IMG/VR virus record: IMGVR_UViG_3300005080_000002
Direction: 5' to 3' (one strand)
From: an uncultured virus (IMG/VR IMGVR_UViG_3300005080_000002)
Lineage: Duplodnaviria > Heunggongvirae > Uroviricota > Caudoviricetes
DNA: 64,000 bases
The notes below the pieces were generated by a model. The model saw nothing but the letters and a program-made list of their open reading frames with translations. It had not been told where the DNA came from and did not search any database. Each line of letters starts with the position of its first letter. Within the stretch, counting starts at the first letter, position 1. Both the position numbers and the translations under genes were made by a program. Shown here one piece after another: positions 17,739-27,104 of this stretch.

Positions 17739-18143
17739 ATGAGGCAGATCATTCTTTTAGTGTTGGTTCTTTCGCTGTCTAGTTGTGTTGTACAGGAACG
17801 CATCGAGCAGGATAAGTCCGAATACGAGATCAAATACACGAAAGACTATGTAAATGAACTCAACTGGTACATGCTCTACATGTTCTCTGTCACAAAGTCT
17901 GTAAATGAATACGCATTGCAGCACGGCTGGACACCGCCTAAAGCACCGCCGATCTGTCGAATGATAGAATGGCCTAACCTTCCGCCACTGCCCCAGTTTA
18001 AACCATCGTACGATCGTAAGAATCCGCGGTCGTTTGAAATTGAACTGGGGAACTATGTGATGGCGGTTAAGCGTGCGTATCAAGAAGGAGCTGTGGGCTT
18101 GAAAGAGTCTGAGAAATCACAACGTAAGCTCTGCTTATACTAA
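17739..18143 (+). CDS. Lipoprotein, putative o-spanin
   Basis: Signal peptide with lipobox LSSC; Pro-rich segment WTPPKAPPIC...PNLPPLP. Confidence 0.6.
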   Translation: MRQIILLVLVLSLSSCVVQERIEQDKSEYEIKYTKDYVNELNWYMLYMFSVTKSVNEYALQHGWTPPKAPPICRMIEWPNLPPLPQFKPSYDRKNPRSFEIELGNYVMAVKRAYQEGAVGLKESEKSQRKLCLY

Positions 18144-18145
18144 AC

Positions 18146-18177
18146 CCGAGGAGCCGAAAGGCTCCTTTGGTTTTTTT
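18146..18177 (+). terminator. Intrinsic terminator
   Basis: GAGGAGCC-GAAA-GGCTCCTT then GGTTTTTTT. Confidence 0.8.
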
Positions 18178-18221
18178 ATTACGCTGGTAGCTATGTTATA
18201 GCAAACCCATGGAGAAAATAG

Positions 18222-18881
18222 ATGAACATTATTCCTAAATACGCCGGCGGCTTGGATATTGAAACCAAGGGCACTAAGATTAACTGCAAAATCCTGAGCG
18301 TATCCGTTTCGCTTTTTGAAGTAGCCACCATGCGGCCAGTGGGTCAGTTCAACGAATTCTGCCACCCTAACGATGAGACCCAGCGTAACCGCACCGAAGA
18401 TACTCGTACGCTGGACTGGTGGGCTAACCCTGCATGGGATCCCAATGGTCCGACTGCTGAATGTCGTGCAATTACATTCGGCGGGAAGCGCACGCTCTTT
18501 GACGTGCTCTCCGATTTGGAGACGTGGTTGCGCAGCTTCGACGTTACATTTGATCAATTGGTGATGTCGTGTAAAGGCCCGGACTTTGATTTCGTTATTC
18601 TCGATGACGCAATCAAGATGTTCAACATGCGTCACTTCCGTCTGTATGCTCGTCAGATGGATTCTACTCGCACCATCGAACGTTTCCAGACTATTCTGAA
18701 TATGCCAGCTGTAAGTAAGGAGCTCCTTGATAAACTGTCTCCCTACGGCAAACATATCCCCCATACCTCAATCTGCGATGCCAACTTAGAAGGTTGGGAA
18801 GCCGCTCGTATGTTCCACGTTTTGGGCAACATCTCTAGCGCCATCGAGATTTCCGAATTCCTGCCACCCGAGGTCGTGTAA
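18222..18881 (+). CDS. DEDDh 3'-5' exo(ribo)nuclease (Rv2179c/DUF5051-like)
   Basis: LDIET, TLDWW, GPDFDFVIL and HTSICDA motifs. Confidence 0.82.
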   Translation: MNIIPKYAGGLDIETKGTKINCKILSVSVSLFEVATMRPVGQFNEFCHPNDETQRNRTEDTRTLDWWANPAWDPNGPTAECRAITFGGKRTLFDVLSDLETWLRSFDVTFDQLVMSCKGPDFDFVILDDAIKMFNMRHFRLYARQMDSTRTIERFQTILNMPAVSKELLDKLSPYGKHIPHTSICDANLEGWEAARMFHVLGNISSAIEISEFLPPEVV

Positions 18882-20488
18882 TGGCTAAGAAGTCTTTTAA
18901 ATATGCCGTCGTTTATTCTGACGGTGGTTATCAGTCAGAAGAAAACTTTTCTGGCGCTGGGCTGGGACTGCATGGCTACTGTTTCGATACACTCGAAGGT
19001 TGTCGTATTGCTAAAGTACCGGCATTGGTTACGCCTGCTGGCTATCAACCCAAGGCTACCGGGGCACAGCTTAAGGATGAGGCCTACGATCCCGAGTACA
19101 GCGCTATGGGTATCTCGGTTAAACTTATGGCTCCTATCATCAAGGAGCATCCCGACGGATTGCTGTTCGATGCATGGCTGGGCTTGGGTAACGTAACGGC
19201 TCAACGCGCTGAGCTGGAAGCTTTCCTTATCATCTTCAACAACGAACAGTTCGAAGCCGAGAAGTACAACATCTTCAGCGACAGCATGTATCTGGTTAAG
19301 GGCTACCTTAAGCAAATGGACGGCTGGGTCACCAACAAGTGGCGTAAGGCTGACGGTGAGGAAGTGAAGAACCGTGATCTGTGGGAGAAGATCATCGAAG
19401 TACGGGATAAGTTTGGCGACCGCATCACGCTTCAACACATCAAGGCTCACGCCGGTCATCTCGGCAATGAACTGGCCGACCGTAATGCTACGTTCGGTCT
19501 GGTTAGTTCTATCTTTGCTGCTCAGACCAAAACTGAGGCGGAGTTGGCATGGCATTGGGACTTGCTGTCCAATAAGCAATATTGGGAACCTGAAAAGAAC
19601 ATCCCTGAGCTGATGCGTACCAAATGGGTGTACAGTCTTACCGGTCAAGAGCGTCCTACGCACAACATCAACGGTAAAGACCTCTACATGTACTTCCACG
19701 GCGATCATGGTGAGTCGGCTGACCCTGAGCTGGCTGGGAAGAAGGATCCGGCAGCGGGCTTCTCATTGCTTTATACGCCGAATAAGGTGGGGGTGGTTGA
19801 GAACGCACTTAAACACCATACCGAGAACATGTGGGAACATTCCAACATCATGTATAAGTCTGACGTCATTGCACTGGTGAACGTCTCGACTATCGGCACG
19901 CCGAAGATGATGTGGGAAACCGCTGTGGCTGGCTTTAAGGCGATGTGGCTGCGCGACCATCGTAATGACGTGATGACTATCAAGAAAGCCATCGTATCTA
20001 AGATGCTGCGTCCGCCGCGCCTTAGCTATCGACTGCTTGACGAAGAAGCTATCGCGCACGATGTCATGCGGTCGTTCTTGAAGTTGAAGGGTATTCCGTT
20101 TGAAGGCGATAAAGACTTCCACGAATACAGTTTGACTATCAACGAACTCACCGACAAGTTCTACGAGACGCCAGTGCTCAAAGATAACAAACTCGGCGCT
20201 ACGAAACTGACGGACTTTTACGATCAAGTATCGAAGGCTATCACCATCCACGCTGAGAACCACGTTACGAGTAAGCCGCTTAAGCTTATTCTGACCCGCG
20301 GTATTGATTTGCCCACACGGAACCTGATGAGTAGTATTGCCGGGGATACTCCGAAGGTTTATGTAGTGACATGGCCGTTCTCGAAAACCGTGTTCCATTA
20401 CGCAACCATTATCCTCACTGATACCGAATACAGTATCTGGACTGGGGCTTATTCCAACAAGCGTTACGTGTTACCTGAAGAGATGTAA
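18881..20488 (+). CDS. rnhA: Ribonuclease H with C-terminal extension (phiKZ gp155-like)
   Basis: YSDGG, QRAELEA, SDSMY, KNRDLW, KAHAGHLGNELAD. Confidence 0.92.
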   Translation: MAKKSFKYAVVYSDGGYQSEENFSGAGLGLHGYCFDTLEGCRIAKVPALVTPAGYQPKATGAQLKDEAYDPEYSAMGISVKLMAPIIKEHPDGLLFDAWLGLGNVTAQRAELEAFLIIFNNEQFEAEKYNIFSDSMYLVKGYLKQMDGWVTNKWRKADGEEVKNRDLWEKIIEVRDKFGDRITLQHIKAHAGHLGNELADRNATFGLVSSIFAAQTKTEAELAWHWDLLSNKQYWEPEKNIPELMRTKWVYSLTGQERPTHNINGKDLYMYFHGDHGESADPELAGKKDPAAGFSLLYTPNKVGVVENALKHHTENMWEHSNIMYKSDVIALVNVSTIGTPKMMWETAVAGFKAMWLRDHRNDVMTIKKAIVSKMLRPPRLSYRLLDEEAIAHDVMRSFLKLKGIPFEGDKDFHEYSLTINELTDKFYETPVLKDNKLGATKLTDFYDQVSKAITIHAENHVTSKPLKLILTRGIDLPTRNLMSSIAGDTPKVYVVTWPFSKTVFHYATIILTDTEYSIWTGAYSNKRYVLPEEM

Positions 20489-20494
20489 AAATGT

Positions 20495-20518
20495 TACGGG
20501 CATATATCATCTAGGTGA
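20495..20518 (+). promoter_or_regulatory. Early-type phage promoter
   Basis: TACGGGCATATATCA-TCTAG-GTGA fits the window consensus. Confidence 0.7.
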
Positions 20519-20546
20519 TGTGTGCCTAGTAACAACGGAGCTTTTA

Positions 20547-20642
20547 ATGTTTGGTAATTTTGAAGAACAGTTTAAACGTGTATTCGGCGACAATGGGAGT
20601 AAGAAAGACGAGCCCGTAAAGGAGCCGGAAGAAAACAAATAA
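20547..20642 (+). CDS. 31-aa small protein (below the ORF-track cutoff)
   Basis: MFGNFEEQFKRVFGDNGSKKDEPVKEPEENK; GGAG RBS; first ORF after the promoter. Confidence 0.6.
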   Translation: MFGNFEEQFKRVFGDNGSKKDEPVKEPEENK

Positions 20643-20654
20643 AGGGAGGCAACT

Positions 20655-20981
20655 ATGCCCGCTACGGGATTGGCTATCGACATTAACGAAGTTGAGCGCG
20701 AGGCGCTCCATGTGCAGTTGGTTGAAGTGATGAGTGAATCCTCATCGGAAGCAACAATCAGCATGCTCATGTTTGCAGTACCTGACTTGCAAGACTGCGA
20801 CCAATTTGATGTCGATTGGTCTGAAGCACTGGAGTATCACACAAACGTTGTCATTGAGCGAGCGGCGGAAGCTGCGCGCTACATTAACCGCACTTATGTG
20901 GAGAGAACGTTAATTACGACGGGCATGGTGGTCAGAGCAATACACGCGGCTCTGGGTAAAAAAATATGCGAGTTCTTTTAG
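20655..20981 (+). CDS. Hypothetical protein
   Basis: 108 aa; GGAGG RBS. Confidence 0.75.
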   Translation: MPATGLAIDINEVEREALHVQLVEVMSESSSEATISMLMFAVPDLQDCDQFDVDWSEALEYHTNVVIERAAEAARYINRTYVERTLITTGMVVRAIHAALGKKICEFF

Positions 20982-21490
20982 ATCCGTCAGAAGAAACCAT
21001 GGCGTCCCTACGGACGTCATGGAAAGCTATTATGGCTGCCGGCTTTGAATACACGTCACAGTTAATGCAACGTACGGTTCGTGATTGTCTCTGGGAGGTT
21101 ATTGAGAATGCGGCATTAGCCACACATGCAAACCAGTACGAGCAGGACGAGTATTTCGAGGATGTAGTATCAATCATCGTGTCCGACTGGGGTGAGACGG
21201 CTGACATGATCGAGAGTCTCCAGCTTGAAATGAACCATCTCATCGAGATGGATACAGAGCTTGGTAAACGGATACTGGATAGAGCAGACCACTACGACTG
21301 GGAATCTGATCTACCGGATATGTTTGCTGAAGTTGTGCTCTCTTTCATGCCGGTTATCGATGTAGTCATTCCAGCAGCCACAGACATAGCCGATACCTTA
21401 ACGAAGATAGGTATTGATCCGCAGCGGTTAGAGATGCTTCAATTCGATCGGACGGGACGCTACTTAGTGGCCGAACTCTCTGACGATTGA
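20966..21490 (+). CDS. Hypothetical acidic protein
   Basis: 174 aa; overlaps the upstream gene; followed by a terminator. Confidence 0.75.
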   Translation: MRVLLDPSEETMASLRTSWKAIMAAGFEYTSQLMQRTVRDCLWEVIENAALATHANQYEQDEYFEDVVSIIVSDWGETADMIESLQLEMNHLIEMDTELGKRILDRADHYDWESDLPDMFAEVVLSFMPVIDVVIPAATDIADTLTKIGIDPQRLEMLQFDRTGRYLVAELSDD

Positions 21491-21495
21491 GGCAT

Positions 21496-21527
21496 AAAAA
21501 GCGGAGGGCCAACGCCCTCCCTTTTTT
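21496..21527. terminator. Bidirectional terminator
   Basis: AAAAAGC-GGAGGGC-CAAC-GCCCTCC-CTTTTTT between convergent genes. Confidence 0.8.
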
Positions 21528-22401
21528 ATTTGATTTTGCTCAGGTCTTTCATTTTTTTGTTGTTGTCAGTCAGTGCCTGACGCAACACGGCGATCTGACG
21601 AATGTAGACTGCGAAGAACTCCACCCACAGGGCGCAGGAACGCAGGAGGCCGGAGATCTCTTTACTGATGATCTCATGCATCTCGCCATAGATGTGGTCG
21701 TCACGCATTGCGATGACCAGCTGTTCTGCCAGTTCGAAAATGCGTTCGGAGGTTTCAGCCACGCCATTAATAGACTGACCTTTACCCACGATAGAGTTCT
21801 CGAGCTTGGTCATTGCGGCATATGCAGTTGCCACATCTTCGTTCCGGCTATAGAGTTTCCCGAACGGTGCCATATCGCTATGAGCATTCTTCTCGAAGCA
21901 GTTGCCGATGGGAACACTCAGTTTATCAACTGACATGTTCAGGAACGCCGAGTTGATCTTACGGCCGGAGGCTGACTTGAGGAAGCTCGGGTTGTTCAAC
22001 AGCGTAGCGAGCAGGTCAGCTACGGGTTTGAGCAACTCATTTTCCAGACGTGCCATGTAGGGTGCGGTATTTTCGAGTATTGCGATGTACTCGAGTACCG
22101 GCACTTTCAGGCCGACAGGGCAGTAGAATTTTACAGGCTTGAGATCCATATAGCTGGAACGTGCCAGCCATTCCCGTGCGCCGGTCTCGATAGGCGGTGT
22201 GGGCGTGAAGCCATAGCGTTCTTCACCCGGCAGGATCTCTACGATGCGGGCACGCAGTGCAGCGAAGCCTGCGTTGTTGTAGGCGCGAGAAAACGCATCG
22301 GCAATCAGTCGAGCAGATTTGTTCTCACCAATAGCGGACAGAAAACTCTCCATCCCAGCACCTTGGTCGTAGGCCGGAAGGATTTCATCAAGTGTAGGCA
22401 T
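21526..22401 (-). CDS. Head/virion protein with propeptide (phiKZ gp153-like)
   Basis: N-terminal AGME protease-type site; YMDL....YCPVGL motif; divergent from uvsX. Confidence 0.65.
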   Translation of the reverse strand: MPTLDEILPAYDQGAGMESFLSAIGENKSARLIADAFSRAYNNAGFAALRARIVEILPGEERYGFTPTPPIETGAREWLARSSYMDLKPVKFYCPVGLKVPVLEYIAILENTAPYMARLENELLKPVADLLATLLNNPSFLKSASGRKINSAFLNMSVDKLSVPIGNCFEKNAHSDMAPFGKLYSRNEDVATAYAAMTKLENSIVGKGQSINGVAETSERIFELAEQLVIAMRDDHIYGEMHEIISKEISGLLRSCALWVEFFAVYIRQIAVLRQALTDNNKKMKDLSKIK

Positions 22402-22475
22402 GGCGGATTCCTATTAAAAAATACCAGTGTTGGTATTATTTTGAACATACCCCATAGTCAGAGGAGCATCATTAA

Positions 22476-23945
22476 ATGGCTGGACCAGGCAATTCTAAAC
22501 GCGCGAACAGTGTGCGTCCCGCGTTGAACATATTTAGCCTGCTCGACCATCAGACTGGACGATACCTGCGCGGTAAGCACGGCGCATGGTATCTCAATGG
22601 AGGCTATCACCATATCATGGGCTGGGCAGGTCGCGGGAATACCTTCAAAACCGCTATCTCTGCCTATACCAGTTTGGCGGCGGCTATCCGTTACAATCTG
22701 GAGTGGTTTGAGTTCTTCGATACTGAAATGTCGTTTAGCTTTGTGGAGCGTATGCAAGAGTTTATGCGTCGCATCCCCGAAGCCAAGGGCAAGACAGTAC
22801 AAGAGTACATCATGGAAAACCGCTGGAACTACACTACCCTGGCTGAACAGCTTGGTGACGTGTGGTGGTATGATCTGCGTCAAACCGCAGCAGAGCGTGC
22901 CAAGACCAAGGACAACAAAAAGCGTGTCACTCCGTTCAAGGAGCTCGATGGCACTTATTGTGCGGTCGTTGACCCGTGGATGTTCATGGTTGACTCTCTC
23001 ACCGAGATGAAAATCACCTCGATCGAGAACCTGCATGACAAGGCAGAAGTAGGTCAGGCAGAGCTGAACGTTGAAGCTATGCGTGCCGGCGCTGCTAAGT
23101 CGCAGATGATGGGTCAGATGGCCATCACCAACGAAGTGGGTAACTACTACGTATCTCTTACCGCACATGCCGGTGATGAGATCAAGATGGACCAATACAG
23201 CCCGTCTCACAAGAAACTGGCCGGTCTCAAGGGCGACCTCAAACTCAAGGGCATCCCTGAGAAATTCACCTTCGCAGCTAACAACTGCTACATCGCGACC
23301 TCTACCGGTCCGCTTCTCAACAAGTCTACCAAGCTTCCTCAGTTCCCTCACCCGGACAAGCCGGAAGTGGTTGGCGATACCGACCTGCAAATCGTACGCT
23401 ACGAGCAGCTGCGTGGTAAGTCTGGTCCTACTGGTATCGTACTCGACCTGGTCTTCTCTCAAGCAGAAGGTCTGCTGGTTGGCGTTACCGAGTTCTACTA
23501 CATCCTCGAGATGTGCAAGGGCTTCGGTCTGGAGATCAAAGGTAACAACCAAGGTTTCCGTCTCAACCTGTATCCTGAGCTGTACTTCACTCGTAAAGAA
23601 ATCCGTACTCTGCTCGACACGGATCCGAAGTTCGCTCGCGCTGTATCCATCACTGCCGCGATGGCCTACATGCACTACAACTGGTTCACCATGCCGCCGG
23701 AGCTCAAGCCGAACATGGTTGACCTGTACAACAACATCAAAGACCAAGGTTACGACTGGAATGAAATCCTGGCCGATACCGTCGAATACTGGTACTTCGA
23801 TGACTGTGCCAAGCACATCGGCAAACCTACGCTCACGGCACGTACGCTGCTCGATATGAACATCGGCAAGCATGTGGCTACCTATCTCAAGACCCATCCG
23901 TCCAAAGAAGCTGCAAAAGAGTTTGCAGCCAAGCTGGCGGCCTAA
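22476..23945 (+). CDS. uvsX: UvsX/RecA-like recombinase (phiKZ gp152-like)
   Basis: RPALNI..LLD, P-loop GRGNTFKT, FDTE, Walker B MVDSL, LRGKSGPTG. Confidence 0.88.
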   Translation: MAGPGNSKRANSVRPALNIFSLLDHQTGRYLRGKHGAWYLNGGYHHIMGWAGRGNTFKTAISAYTSLAAAIRYNLEWFEFFDTEMSFSFVERMQEFMRRIPEAKGKTVQEYIMENRWNYTTLAEQLGDVWWYDLRQTAAERAKTKDNKKRVTPFKELDGTYCAVVDPWMFMVDSLTEMKITSIENLHDKAEVGQAELNVEAMRAGAAKSQMMGQMAITNEVGNYYVSLTAHAGDEIKMDQYSPSHKKLAGLKGDLKLKGIPEKFTFAANNCYIATSTGPLLNKSTKLPQFPHPDKPEVVGDTDLQIVRYEQLRGKSGPTGIVLDLVFSQAEGLLVGVTEFYYILEMCKGFGLEIKGNNQGFRLNLYPELYFTRKEIRTLLDTDPKFARAVSITAAMAYMHYNWFTMPPELKPNMVDLYNNIKDQGYDWNEILADTVEYWYFDDCAKHIGKPTLTARTLLDMNIGKHVATYLKTHPSKEAAKEFAAKLAA

Positions 23946-23982
23946 TTAAAGGAGGGCGGGAGGAAACTCCCGTCCTATTGCT

Positions 23983-24324
23983 ATGAACAATCTACAAATT
24001 GAAAAGAAGCTGATGACTGCTATCGACGATACTCTTACCGAAGGGGCTGCACGCTCTATTCGTCGTAGCCTTCAAGTAGTCTTCGTACGGATTAAGCAAA
24101 ATGCAACTGAGCCCGCTTGGGACAGTGTCATGGATTCTGTGAATGCGGCACTGAACATCTGGCTTACCAACAACACCCCTGCAACTCGCGAACAAGCGGC
24201 AGTACGTGCAAGGCACTTCCTGACCACAGTGGACGATATCAACCAGATCAAATACTGGATTGCCGATATCCGCAAACATGTTCTGCCTGTGATACAGGAA
24301 TTTCACGATTATCCTCGGAGATAA
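23983..24324 (+). CDS. Hypothetical protein
   Basis: 113 aa in an operon. Confidence 0.7.
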   Translation: MNNLQIEKKLMTAIDDTLTEGAARSIRRSLQVVFVRIKQNATEPAWDSVMDSVNAALNIWLTNNTPATREQAAVRARHFLTTVDDINQIKYWIADIRKHVLPVIQEFHDYPRR

Positions 24325-24329
24325 TTTCC

Positions 24330-24824
24330 ATGGTCAACCCTCTATTTGATAAAATGATCGAATCGCTAAAAGCCGGTTCGTTCTTTTTGCATTCTATTTC
24401 AGATCTTGCTATTCAGCGGTTAGAGGGCCTTGATCGAACTCAACCTGTTAACATTCTGATCACTGGCGATCGCGATATTTACGATACCGCAGTGATCATG
24501 CGAAACCTTGTTTCTTTTTTGCGGTACTTTGAGGATCGATCTGACTTCCGAATCCTGACTGGCGACCGTAAAGGTGTCGAAGCGGTGGTTCGAAAGGCTG
24601 TAAAAGCTAATGGGTTAGATCACTATATCTTCAGTACCGAAGATGATGATTGGAGAGAAGACAGCGTAACTAAAGCGATAAAGCGCGATCACGCTATGTT
24701 AAAGCGGGCGGATGTAGTTTTCATCATAACTCACGGCAACGTAAAAGAGACTGATTTTATGTATCGTCGTGCTCGAGAGGACGGCCTTGTCGTGTCGAAG
24801 AGAAACATTCGGAGAGTTACATGA
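24330..24824 (+). CDS. SLOG/YspA-family (DUF2493-like) protein
   Basis: ILITGDRD, LTGDRKGVE, KRDHAML..AD; GGAG RBS before ATG 24330. Confidence 0.7.
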   Translation: MVNPLFDKMIESLKAGSFFLHSISDLAIQRLEGLDRTQPVNILITGDRDIYDTAVIMRNLVSFLRYFEDRSDFRILTGDRKGVEAVVRKAVKANGLDHYIFSTEDDDWREDSVTKAIKRDHAMLKRADVVFIITHGNVKETDFMYRRAREDGLVVSKRNIRRVT

Positions 24825-25483
24825 AACCTGAAACCCGCAAGATGATAGAAGCCTTCATCATCAAATACGTTAACAAGATTGACGTATCTGGTGAGAACGG
24901 TCGTTTTTATGCTGAGCGCTTTAAAACGATGACCGATAAAGACATCGAAAAGTTGATCAGTGATCGTCTCCCGATCTTTATGCCCAATGGGTGGAAGGTA
25001 AAGATCGACCATTACAAGAATATCGAGATCGGTCGAGAGCTCGGTTATGAGTTCCGCCAACATCTGTGGCTTACCGATCCACGCACCGGCGTTTGTGGCA
25101 AGACCAAGTTCAAACACATGATCCTGGAATTGCCTGTCCGTAGACAGTCCCAGATGATCGATAAGAAGATTTCTATCCCCGAGCATAGCCGTACCATCGA
25201 CAAGATGACCGGGCAGGTCGTAGGGCCTTCCAAGGGCTCTAGCTTCTCATTCCCTCAAACCTACGTTCTGTACGGTAAAGGCTATGACAATACCCTGCGT
25301 GAATTCCTGGTAGCGCGGGGCGGTGATATTAAAGCAGGTCAGGTTATCGATCGTAATATTCGTGCCACTGGGCGCAGTAGCCTTAAGTTTGAAGGCAGCG
25401 ATCGTACCCGAGTTAAATCCACTCAGTCGACTGGTGTTATATTCCAATCGATGCACCTTGGCTCTAACTTGATAAGGCAGTAA
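24821..25483 (+). CDS. rpoB: Virion RNA polymerase beta subunit, C-terminal part (phiKZ gp149-like)
   Basis: LPVRRQSQ..KKISIP, TGQV.GPSKGS.FS.P, RGGD. Confidence 0.85.
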   Translation: MKPETRKMIEAFIIKYVNKIDVSGENGRFYAERFKTMTDKDIEKLISDRLPIFMPNGWKVKIDHYKNIEIGRELGYEFRQHLWLTDPRTGVCGKTKFKHMILELPVRRQSQMIDKKISIPEHSRTIDKMTGQVVGPSKGSSFSFPQTYVLYGKGYDNTLREFLVARGGDIKAGQVIDRNIRATGRSSLKFEGSDRTRVKSTQSTGVIFQSMHLGSNLIRQ

Positions 25484-25485
25484 GC

Positions 25486-25977
25486 ATGAACGTGTTTAAT
25501 GAAGCAGTACGTATTGCCCATGACGAAATGGCGTGGGTAATTAAGCAGGCGCTTGATAATAGCGGCTCCGAGGAGGCTATGGCGGTCTACCGCAAGTTTG
25601 CGACGTTCTTCGCCCGCGATCCGTTTTTGCTTGCGCAACGTGTCGAGCAAGAAGATATCCGCAATACCCTGCTCAACCCTGAGAACCTCGCGGATGCTAA
25701 GATGCTCTTTGAGATGTCCATTAACCTGCGCTCGGCTATCGAGGGCGTAGAAGAGGGCGGTTGGGAAAAAGTTGGCGCTACGATCAATCGCACGTTGAGT
25801 ATGCTGACTAGCACCGAACTGCTCAGTGATGACGTCGTAGACCGCATGGAAATAAACATCTGCGAAAACCTCGTCTTTCAGACCATGGCGTTACTTTACT
25901 ACGCCGCTCGGCTTTATAATGTCGCTTTGACGTCGGGAGGACATGGCGTTGAAACTAAATCAGAACGTAATAGTTGA
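25486..25977 (+). CDS. Hypothetical protein
   Basis: 163 aa in an operon. Confidence 0.75.
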   Translation: MNVFNEAVRIAHDEMAWVIKQALDNSGSEEAMAVYRKFATFFARDPFLLAQRVEQEDIRNTLLNPENLADAKMLFEMSINLRSAIEGVEEGGWEKVGATINRTLSMLTSTELLSDDVVDRMEINICENLVFQTMALLYYAARLYNVALTSGGHGVETKSERNS

Positions 25978-26665
25978 TTTAGACTGCCTGATAGACACGC
26001 GCTATGGCCTGCTCTATCAGTGCTGGGGTGGGCGAGTTAATGCGGTGGATATGCAGAAATACTGCGAGCGAAAGACGTCTCGAGTATGGGAGCACTTTGG
26101 TGTGCTCGAGGAGGAGTGGAAGGCTGCGTATGCAAAGCGTAGTGTTGAGACCCTGCTTAAGTCTGCTCCGACGTTGATGTCGGTCTATCTTCAGAACATT
26201 CTGACGCCGGCTATTATGCAGGCTATGAGTNNNNTGAGTTCACCCATTCACAATAAACCCACGTTGACCGTTAACTACTACCCATATCGTCTGGAAGAGT
26301 GGGAGGCAGAAGACGTTAAAGCGTCAGTTCAGGAGTTCGTCGGTAAGGACGTAAGCGTCAAATGCGTTTACATCCCCACTTCTGAGCTCACCCCTGAAAT
26401 GATCAAGCGAGAGTTCAACGGATGGATTCTTTATGATCTGCTTGAGTGGCTGACGATGCATAATGAGGCATTGGCCAAAACGCCAATGCCTGATGTTACG
26501 TTTTTTATACCGTCAGTGATCAATGTCGGAGATGAGAATTCGGAAGAAGTCAACATTCAAGGTGAGGGTAGTCCATTCAGTGTGTTGAAAGCATCACTGT
26601 CTGAATTTGTACTCATCGATGCAATTGACGTCAAGCTATACTCTATTCCTCATCAACCCCTTTAA
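25943..26665 (+). CDS. Conserved phiKZ gp147-like protein (HAD-like DLD motif); contains 4 Ns
   Basis: VDLDCLIDTR.G and VNYYPY.L motifs; GGAGG RBS; NNNN at 26231-26234. Confidence 0.7.
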   Translation: MALKLNQNVIVDLDCLIDTRYGLLYQCWGGRVNAVDMQKYCERKTSRVWEHFGVLEEEWKAAYAKRSVETLLKSAPTLMSVYLQNILTPAIMQAMSXXSSPIHNKPTLTVNYYPYRLEEWEAEDVKASVQEFVGKDVSVKCVYIPTSELTPEMIKREFNGWILYDLLEWLTMHNEALAKTPMPDVTFFIPSVINVGDENSEEVNIQGEGSPFSVLKASLSEFVLIDAIDVKLYSIPHQPL

Positions 26666-27092
26666 AGTGGGCACGACCTTCGGCTTGGATGGCATTGATA
26701 TCCACCTGCGTACCAACTTCCTCGTAGATAGACTCGGGGATAGCGTAGGTTGGCAATTTGTCACCAACTGCCTTAGGTCCCTCACCGTTACCGGAAGGAG
26801 CTTCGCCGTTGTGTCTTGTCGGTGATTGACGTGCCATGATACGCTCGAGCGTTTGAGCGGCAATACGATCGGTTTCTGCGTTGGCAGTATCGATGACCAG
26901 TTTCTTCTTGGTGTGTTCGGATTTGTCCGAATCCTTCAGAAGGGCAACTAGCATATAAACACTGTCTTTGTCAGTGGGGATACGCCTAGCACCGGAACTG
27001 TCGGTAATCTGCGCAGTAATAAGATCATGACGTATGATCTGGTTAAGTTCTAAACGCTCATCACCGTTGAGCTGCGAGAAGTCTTTTTCCAT
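26643..27092 (-). CDS. Hypothetical protein
   Basis: 149 aa; GGAG RBS. Confidence 0.75.
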   Translation of the reverse strand: MEKDFSQLNGDERLELNQIIRHDLITAQITDSSGARRIPTDKDSVYMLVALLKDSDKSEHTKKKLVIDTANAETDRIAAQTLERIMARQSPTRHNGEAPSGNGEGPKAVGDKLPTYAIPESIYEEVGTQVDINAIQAEGRAHFKGVDEE

Positions 27093-27104
27093 AGGAGTTA
27101 CTCC

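Noticed and set aside
22458..23897. 479-aa - strand ORF
   Set aside because: Antisense shadow of uvsX
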